Below, one piece after another: positions 57,420-64,000 of a stretch of DNA of 64,000 nucleotides. The notes beneath the pieces are model-generated. The model had not been told where the DNA came from and searched no databases. It saw only the letters and a program-made list of their open reading frames with translations. This DNA comes from Cyanophora paradoxa CCMP329 (Eukaryota; Plantae; Glaucophyta): NCBI GenBank assembly GCA_004431415.1, contig QPMI01000003.1, positions 168,791-232,790 on the forward strand. The letters run 5' to 3'. Positions within the stretch are counted from its first letter, which is position 1. The number at the start of each line of letters is the position of its first letter. Made by a program: the position numbers and the translations under genes.

Positions 57420-58130
57420 CACGGTGGCCCACCGGAAACTGCCACCCCCATCCCCTAGCACCTCTCTCGCTGCACCAGTCGTAACGTCTACCCCGCTATC
57501 CTCCGACATCGCTCTATCGTTACGTCTAGCACCACCCGAGCAACGTCTACAGTTCTATTACGAAGGTGGAAGCCAAGCAATATCTAATGACTATACAAGG
57601 CAGAGCTGACAACTAGAATAGACGAAGAGGCCGCGCGGTGGTGTCTCTAGCGTTTTTTTCAGAATAGTCTAGACGATATTGCTGTGTACAGAGAAGCGGT
57701 GGCCCACGGGAAACCGCCACCACCATCCCCTCACAACCTCTCTCGCGGCCACCGCGGTGGTGTCTCTCGCGTTTTTTTCCGCGTTGATGTCCGATACTAT
57801 GGGAGACAGACGTTAAGGTGTAAGCCTAGCAATATCTGACGACTATACAAGGCAGAGGAGACAACAAGAATAGGCGAAGAGGAGCGCTGCCCCCATGAGC
57901 GCGGTCTGCAGAGCAACGTGGCAGAATAGTCTAGACGATATTAATGTGTACAATGAAGCTATCAGAGGAAACACGTTTAGGTTAATTTTAGGCGATATAG
58001 ATGAGTACGATGAAGCTAACAGAGGAAGCACGTTTAGGTTAATTTTAGGCGAAATGATGAGAACATTGAAGCAACCAGAGGAAAAGCGTTTAGCTCTATC
58101 TAGGCGATAATGATGAGTACATTGAAGCAC
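57420..58130. repeat. Mosaic of interleaved imperfect direct repeats (20-55 bp)
   Basis: Pairs at about 57422/57698, 57576/57828, 57631/57752, 57660/57922, 57949/58006 and 58052/58109. Confidence 0.8.
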
Positions 58131-58222
58131 TTCGTGTCCCAAGAGCGCTCTGGTGCGGCCTCATTCCACTTGATCGGGTTGCTTCTCCTTTCGGAAACTT
58201 GATAGCAAGGACTTTTTTCTTT

Positions 58223-58486
58223 TCAGCGGCTTTGGGATATTTGGGGGAGGCCAAGACAATCTTCGGCCTTCAGCATCAAGCCAAGGTACAGGTGAATCAG
58301 TTCGAGTAAATGGAGAATTGGACCTAGAAGTCCTGGTGTGTTAATAGGCGAAACCTGAGTTTCTGGGGTGCGAGAGCCTTCTGTGTCTGATATTTCGAGA
58401 TTAATGGTCGTCTCACAGCAACTACAATTCAATTTGCTGGTGACGTTGAGATGGAACATATCCATACATTTTCGAAGCAAATCCAT
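58223..58486 (-). CDS. Small Cys-cluster protein (homolog of 44236-44631); 3' end uncertain
   Basis: Shared N-terminal C..MF.L.V.S....CC.TT...EISD. Confidence 0.65.
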   Translation of the reverse strand: MDLLRKCMDMFHLNVTSKLNCSCCETTINLEISDTEGSRTPETQVSPINTPGLLGPILHLLELIHLYLGLMLKAEDCLGLPQISQSR

Positions 58487-58761
58487 CTATTAATGGAAAA
58501 TATAAAAAAACAAAGGAATGCGGCTATGGAGCCGTATCGCTGCCGAATATAGGAAAATACCTGTTTGTCCCACATATTCTGCATATGTGTTCTGTTTGCA
58601 ATAGCATCGGTTCGTTCAGCGAAGAGAATGCACTTGTAGATTCCGAATTTGTGGCTCTTACTAAAAACTGGTAATCTTCTAATCCGAAATTTACACCATG
58701 ATACGCGATCCGAAATTATCATATGGAGTGATCACAACTGAAATATTCGGGGTTCCACCTT

Positions 58762-59343
58762 CTACTTGACAGAGTGCATAAATATCTGGAGGATATCAAC
58801 AATTACCTTATAATGATCACCAATTTCAACCAGAGAATCAACTACTGATGTCTGTTCATTTACAACAATGGGGAATATCTTGATTATATAGGGGGCATTC
58901 ATACCGGGGACATAGGTGCGAATCCGCGTCAGATTGTCGATCGGGTTTGGCGTGTCGTTCACGAAGAGAGGAGCTCCGATTGTTCCCCCAACTCGAAGAC
59001 CATCACCAATATATGCGCCGCCATTTCGACAGTTAATAGCTCCAGAACGAGATTCAAAAGAGTAAGTCGAAAGAGGATCGCCGTAACTGTCTGGATCACC
59101 GTAGTGTGAGCTGAAATTTGCATTTGTTACTAGCAACTTGGTAGTTTTAACCACACCATTATTTTTATCACATCTGAGTTCCTGCAATCTAAGTTTATGT
59201 GTAGATCCGAAGGTGTTTAATGTCGGTTGTACCTCTGTTGATTGCAGACCTTCCACATCGTCAAAAGTAGCATGTTGTAGAACGTGGTTTGCAGGAGCCG
59301 CGAGCGAAAGTTGTGCCGTAACAATACGCTCAATTTCAGCCAT
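58762..59343 (-). CDS. Fibre-family protein with conserved N-terminal module; C-terminus possibly frameshifted
   Basis: LRLQELRCDKNNGVVKTTKLLVTN...GGAYIGDG shared with the other fibre genes. Confidence 0.7.
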   Translation of the reverse strand: MAEIERIVTAQLSLAAPANHVLQHATFDDVEGLQSTEVQPTLNTFGSTHKLRLQELRCDKNNGVVKTTKLLVTNANFSSHYGDPDSYGDPLSTYSFESRSGAINCRNGGAYIGDGLRVGGTIGAPLFVNDTPNPIDNLTRIRTYVPGMNAPYIIKIFPIVVNEQTSVVDSLVEIGDHYKVIVDILQIFMHSVK

Positions 59344-59344
59344 T

Positions 59345-60211
59345 TTACATTAAAGTGATATATATTTTAAGGTGTTGGATCGTCAATAAATCTGGCTCCT
59401 GGTAAAATCCGGTTGTAAAGATATCAGCAACATTCACACCACGAAGTGCTGAAACAGCAGCTATATCTGTTCTCAGTCCAATTATCATAGTATTATAAAC
59501 TCCTACCTCAGTGACAAACAAATCATAAGTAAATGTCAAATTGTTATATACACAATATCCCCGACCGAAATGATTTGATGCTTGAACAAAGAATAGGTAA
59601 TTGTGACCTGGTTGATTGTTGTTTGCTCTGCACATCGAAAGCATTGCTGTGGAAGAGGAATATTCTCCTCACTCGATCAGTTCCTGTTATGGAAACCAAC
59701 TCCGAGTTTTCGAGGGTGACAGATGATGCAACATAGAAATGCAGGAAAGGTTGTGGCAACAGGTGTATAGAACCGAATTCGTTGTGGATTTTCAACATTT
59801 TGTTCAAGAGTATCCGGGACATCATTGTATGCAATTGATGAAGAGAGTTGACCTGAAACTCGACAGCCACCACCAATAAATGCGCCTCCTGAACGAATTG
59901 TAGCAGCGGCAGAATTCTTATCGAAATCGAGGGCTTTTAAATCCACACTGTATGCATCAGGTCCTCCATTTGTCGGTTGAAAGAAGTTAGCATTTGTCAC
60001 AAGTAGTCGAGTGGTTTTAACTACACCCGAATTCTTATCGCTCGGAGTTCTTTTACACGAATCATCGAATTTTTATCGAAAGAGTTCCGTTAGAATTTGG
60101 TCGCTCTGTGGATTCTAACCGCGGACTTCATCATTTACTTCATGTTGTCGAAAGTGCATCGCTGGTGATCCAAGCGAATAAATGGTATTGCACACGATTA
60201 TATTCGCCCAT
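59345..60211 (-). pseudogene. Fibre-family protein, multiple frameshifts
   Basis: IRVKELR.DKNSGVVKTTRLLVTNANF...GGAFIGGG across fragments 59677-60000 and 59345-59644; ATG at 60211. Confidence 0.62.
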
Positions 60212-60244
60212 TGCTTCTTTACTAAGAAGAAAGAAAAATAATGT

Positions 60245-60508
60245 TCATTGTTCTTCTGTGACAATATTATACTCGATCGCTTTTTTCACAGTCCCCTTTG
60301 GAATGCCTGTAAAACAATAGCTTCCTTTGAGGTTGTATCTGAAAGCCTGTTGATATACATGAATGGATCTCTTTCTGAACAATCTCATCAATTGCATTCT
60401 TGCCCTGTTGTGGGCAGCATTATCAATCCAATCCTGAACAGATGCAGCGCAATATTCCATTCCCAACTTTTCGGTATCAGTTAGAACTACTTGGTAAATA
60501 TTTGACAT
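60245..60508 (-). CDS. Small fibre-associated protein (homolog of 19441-19704), frameshifted in its 3' half
   Basis: First 38 aa nearly identical to 19441-19704. Confidence 0.75.
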   Translation of the reverse strand: MSNIYQVVLTDTEKLGMEYCAASVQDWIDNAAHNRARMQLMRLFRKRSIHVYQQAFRYNLKGSYCFTGIPKGTVKKAIEYNIVTEEQ

Positions 60509-60529
60509 TCTTACTCTATCAAAAGAAAA

Positions 60530-61518
60530 TTATGTAATACTTATCAACTCTCCACAAAAGGTAGTTCCAGAGGAATATGTCCCTGGTTTGTTGTCAAATA
60601 GTTACATATTCGTTGGCTGCAAGATTGAGAATGCAGGACATTTGAAGAGGTCTGACTATTAATGTGCCTGTGCTGGAAGCAGAAAGAGAAATGCCCCAGG
60701 ATCGGCATCATTCAATTTGAAGAAAGCTGAATTGGGTATTGTGTTGTTGAGTTGGTAAAAACTGAGAATCGATAATGTCCAGCAACAGGAGCTGTAAATC
60801 TTCCTGATGATCCAGTGAAGATCCTGTTACATTAACAAGATTGGTTGCCCAATTAATGAGAGCGGTCGAAGAAGTTGCAGTGTGATTATATCCCAATCGG
60901 AAGCAGAACTTGGTTGGAGCTGTTCTTTAAATAACACCTGTATTAATTGTTAATGAATTGGCTTCAAGTGTTGCGATGGTATTGCTATTTCGCTTCAACA
61001 CAAGATTAACATTGCCCTGTATCAATTCAGAGTAACTAATTGTTGTTGCAGTAATGGTGGGTTGAGAGTTGGTTGCTACTGAGACTCCACCATTTGCTGT
61101 AACCATTCCTGTAAAAGTGGTTGTCCCTGTCACAGCAAGTGAGTTGCTGTAAGAGTCCCATCAACACTTGCCCCATCTCCAATGTGGCTCCTCCACTTCT
61201 ACTACAAGAGAGTTATTAATGGTTTGTCAAAAGTAGTAATTTTGGGTGTGGTGAACCCTCACATCATCATAAATTGCTGAATCTGATACATCGATCCCGA
61301 TTGGACTTGGTTCTATTTGACACAATTAAACCAGTGTTCTCACCTTTCCATTATTGCGATCACATCGTACCTCTTTGCATCTGATCACAGAATTTGAGAA
61401 AATGAATCAGCTCCTGTGGATTCTGTGCAAATAACCAGGGTTGCATCTGTCACTGTGTGGTGAGTTGATGCAATTTGGGGTGCATAACAGAAAACAGAAC
61501 AGCAATCTGTGTAGACAT
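60530..61518 (-). pseudogene. C1q-head fibre protein, heavily frameshifted
   Basis: DNA is similar to 61540-62609 at the 5' end (KEVRCDRNNG); fragments FTAPVAG, ILNLAANEYV, TFCGELISIT*. Confidence 0.62.
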
Positions 61519-61539
61519 CTTTACTTTAAAGTAACAATA

Positions 61540-62609
61540 TTATGTGGCGCTAATCAGCATTCCTCCAAAGTGCGATCGATTGGTGTATACGATGCAGCAG
61601 TGGAATTATTGTATATTCGTATCCAATCATTTGCAGCAAGGTTGATGATGCATTCATATGATATAGGTAATAGTGACATTGAGGAAGCAAAAGTTGCTCT
61701 TGCCTCATATTCTGATGTTGTTCCATTTTTTCGAAGATTCAGAACAATCTCAGATGCAGTAGTGGTTGAGATTATCACTTGGAAACAGAAGTAATAATTT
61801 CCTGCAACAGGAGCCGTAAAATTCCCTAATGTTGAACCATTGAAGTTGTTTCCATGGTTGATAAGAACTCCTGAAAATAGAATATTTGTTCCAGTTGCTC
61901 TTGAAACTGTTGATTCTGCTGCATTTGGAGCCATAACAGAAGCCATAAAACGAGGGCAACCATTTCGTTTCAGATAGCTACCTGATGAAAATACGATTGC
62001 CTCTCTATTTGATGGTGTTGTTTGAATATTTTGTAATGTCACAATTGCGCTTCCATTTCGTTTGTAAATAAAGTTGGTATCTGCAATTGTGTCACTCTCA
62101 GGAGTTGTTAATCTTGTTGACAGTGTGAGAGTTCCATACTGAATACTTCCTGATAGACCACCATTTAAGTTCATCAACCCTGAAAATGAACTTGTCCCAC
62201 TCACATTCAATTGATTTGCTGTAACAGTCCCCACCACAATTGCTCCATCACCAATGTAGGCTCCTCCACTTTTAACTACAAGAGCAGAAGTATTACTTGT
62301 GTTACCAAAAGTAACTATCTGAGCTGTGGTGAACCCACCCACATTATCATATATTGCTGAATCGGGAACAACTTGACCGGCTTGAACCTGATTTTTATTC
62401 GAGATTATAATACCTGTGGTTCTTATCTTGCCTCCATTTCGATCACATCTAATCTCTTTAACTCTGAGTATATTATTCTCTGTGAAAGAGGTATTGCTTG
62501 AAGTTTCAGTGCAAATATTTCCGGGTGTAGAGTCGACTACTTCATGAGAGGTGCTATGGAGTGATTTGGCTGCAAGTTCATAGTTTGGGATTTCTAATAG
62601 AGAGGTCAT
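61540..62609 (-). CDS. Fibre/spike protein with C-terminal C1q-like domain
   Basis: ATG at 62609; LRVKEIRCDRNGG...GGAYIGDG; PRFMA...NHGNNFN...FTAPVAGNYYF...IINLAANDWI. Adding one T gives the terminal TFGGMLISAT*. Confidence 0.78.
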
Positions 62610-62628
62610 CTTTATAATTACAAGATAG

Positions 62629-64000
62629 TTAAATTGCGACAGCAATGTAATGGATTGTTACAGTAATGCCTGGTCTGTCAAAAGAACTTAATGGAACTAT
62701 GTCAAGCTCACAAGTGAAATAGCTACTGTAAACTTGTTTAAGCCTAACATACATTCGGTAGTAGTAGGCTGTCTCATTGTGTTGTATACCGGTTGTTACA
62801 ATAGGAGGGTTAGCAAAGCTGCTGTTGAAATTAATAGTGAGGTTAAACCTATGGTCAGGGTTTGCCCAAAGATAAGGAGTAGTGTAAACATACGTTCCTG
62901 CTTGAATTTTCCCATTAAAATATGCATTAAGTTGACTGGTAAGATCTGCTTCTGTTAAACATCTACTAATAGTAGCATTATTGGAAGGGTTCATAGCATA
63001 GAAATTTCTTGCATAAGCATTTCCACGAACAAGTAAGGTTTTATCATAATAATTCTGCGAATTGTGGAAGAACCATGTTTCATCAAACATAGGTCCTGCT
63101 GGTTCTACTATCTGACCCGATCCTACATACATTGTGTTGTTGGCTCTAATAGTGGTTGCTGTAAAGGGATCAAGAGTTGGTCTATTGGTCAGGTCATTGT
63201 AGTTGCCCGAGAAAATCGCTGGTTTGTTATAAATATCTGTATTCCAATCATGAGTGTGTGCAAAATCTGTAATCTCTGCCTTTGTGTGATTGTGGGCAAA
63301 ATCTGTAATCTCAGCCTTTGTGTGATTGTGTGCAAAATCTGTAATCTCTGATTTTACATGATTGTGAGCAAAATTCGTAATATCTGCTCGGGTGTGAAAG
63401 TGTGCAAAATCTGTAATTTGCGATTTTGTGTGAGTATGTGCGAAATCTATGATTTCTGCCTTTGTGTGGGTGTGTGATCTATTATTAAGGTCGAGGAAGC
63501 TACCGGAAAATGCAACAGGGTGTAGATTTGCTGGGGTGGGTTTGTTTATGAGATCATTATAATCTCCTGTGAATGAAATAGTTTTTAGTTCACCCCTTCC
63601 TACATAATCAGAAGGTAAATCAATTTTCATAGGCATAATAGCAGGATCAATAGGAATCTCGTACTCAGCTCCTGGGTGAACCACAGGGAAGGTTTGATTA
63701 CTTTCAGTGTGAACAAAAAAGTTGTCAGCAGTCACTGTTCCGTCAATAGTTCCTCCTGTCAAGGGCAGGTAATTCCCTGTCACAGCTAGACCTGCAATAA
63801 CTATAGCAAGCTCTGTTTCATCTACATAGTTTTGGGCTTGAAGGTAATCCTCTGTTACCACTCTTGATATGGTCTCATTGTGAATATTCTTTGCTGCTGC
63901 CCTCTGATTGATTTCTAAGACACCTTCACCCACTCCACCATTATAATTCGTTTTTATCCATGATATCTCGCATCTCTTGTAATCATCTCGATTTCCAATT
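62629..64000 (-). CDS. Tail-fibre-like protein (5' end outside window) with His-repeat shaft and lectin-like tip
   Basis: Frame open to the window edge; TGDYNDLINKP, repeated HTHTKAEITDFA, C-terminal FNSSFANPPIVTTG...IHYIAV; counterpart of 20769-22413. Confidence 0.8.
   Translation of the reverse strand, partial: IGNRDDYKRCEISWIKTNYNGGVGEGVLEINQRAAAKNIHNETISRVVTEDYLQAQNYVDETELAIVIAGLAVTGNYLPLTGGTIDGTVTADNFFVHTESNQTFPVVHPGAEYEIPIDPAIMPMKIDLPSDYVGRGELKTISFTGDYNDLINKPTPANLHPVAFSGSFLDLNNRSHTHTKAEIIDFAHTHTKSQITDFAHFHTRADITNFAHNHVKSEITDFAHNHTKAEITDFAHNHTKAEITDFAHTHDWNTDIYNKPAIFSGNYNDLTNRPTLDPFTATTIRANNTMYVGSGQIVEPAGPMFDETWFFHNSQNYYDKTLLVRGNAYARNFYAMNPSNNATISRCLTEADLTSQLNAYFNGKIQAGTYVYTTPYLWANPDHRFNLTINFNSSFANPPIVTTGIQHNETAYYYRMYVRLKQVYSSYFTCELDIVPLSSFDRPGITVTIHYIAVAI
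63245..63478 (-). repeat. 36-bp coding repeat (H.H.K.EITDFA, about 6-7 copies)
   Basis: gcaaaatctgtaat recurs at 36-bp spacing; resembles the phage tail repeat. Confidence 0.88.

Larger units (their letters stand above)
57093..64000. mobile_element. Left arm of a second, related endogenous virus (extends beyond the window)
   Basis: Repeat-rich non-coding start, then minus-strand genes homologous and syntenic to 19441-22413 and homologous to 44236; AT-rich. Left boundary inferred. Confidence 0.7.

Noticed and set aside
58762-64000. Diversity-generating retroelement acting on fibre tips
   Set aside because: No template/variable repeat pair differing at adenines was seen, and the only RTs are LINE and Gypsy types.
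1-64000. rRNA or tRNA genes
   Set aside because: None recognisable; the tRNA-like stretch at 25576-25612 is partial and better treated as a possible primer-binding site.

Overview
Eukaryotic (protist-like) genomic DNA: GC-rich host genes with short GT-AG introns, heavily invaded by nested mobile elements. (1) At 290-12197 a host gene encoding LRR-like repeats, an HNH nuclease motif and a C3H zinc finger is split in mid-exon by an 8.3-kb non-LTR retrotransposon (APE-RT-RNase H-zinc knuckle, 14-bp TSD). (2) At 12.7-18.5 kb an F-box/LRR gene lies head-to-head with a BTB/Skp1-like gene. (3) From about 18.5 to 57.1 kb lies an AT-richer endogenous Polinton-like virus (PLV), about 23 kb after its passengers are removed. 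It encodes a double-jelly-roll-type major capsid protein, two divergently transcribed pentons, an A32-like packaging ATPase, an rve integrase and a PolB-like/SF1 helicase/HNH fusion. It also carries a patatin-discoidin lipase, phage-like fibre genes (one with a C1q head, one with a C-terminal membrane anchor) and a SpeD-type S-adenosylmethionine decarboxylase that the ORF track misses. Three young retroelements sit inside this virus: a 10.5-kb Ty3/Gypsy element with near-identical LTRs, a 5'-truncated LINE and a 168-bp poly(A) retroposon. Removing the Gypsy and the retroposon restores two fibre ORFs exactly; the LINE is intergenic. (4) From about 57.1 kb a second, syntenic but divergent virus begins with a repeat-rich end and an expanded fibre cassette that runs off the window. 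Many frameshifts are single-base losses in homopolymers and are probably sequencing artefacts. Family assignments come from motif recognition by eye; no database searches were run.
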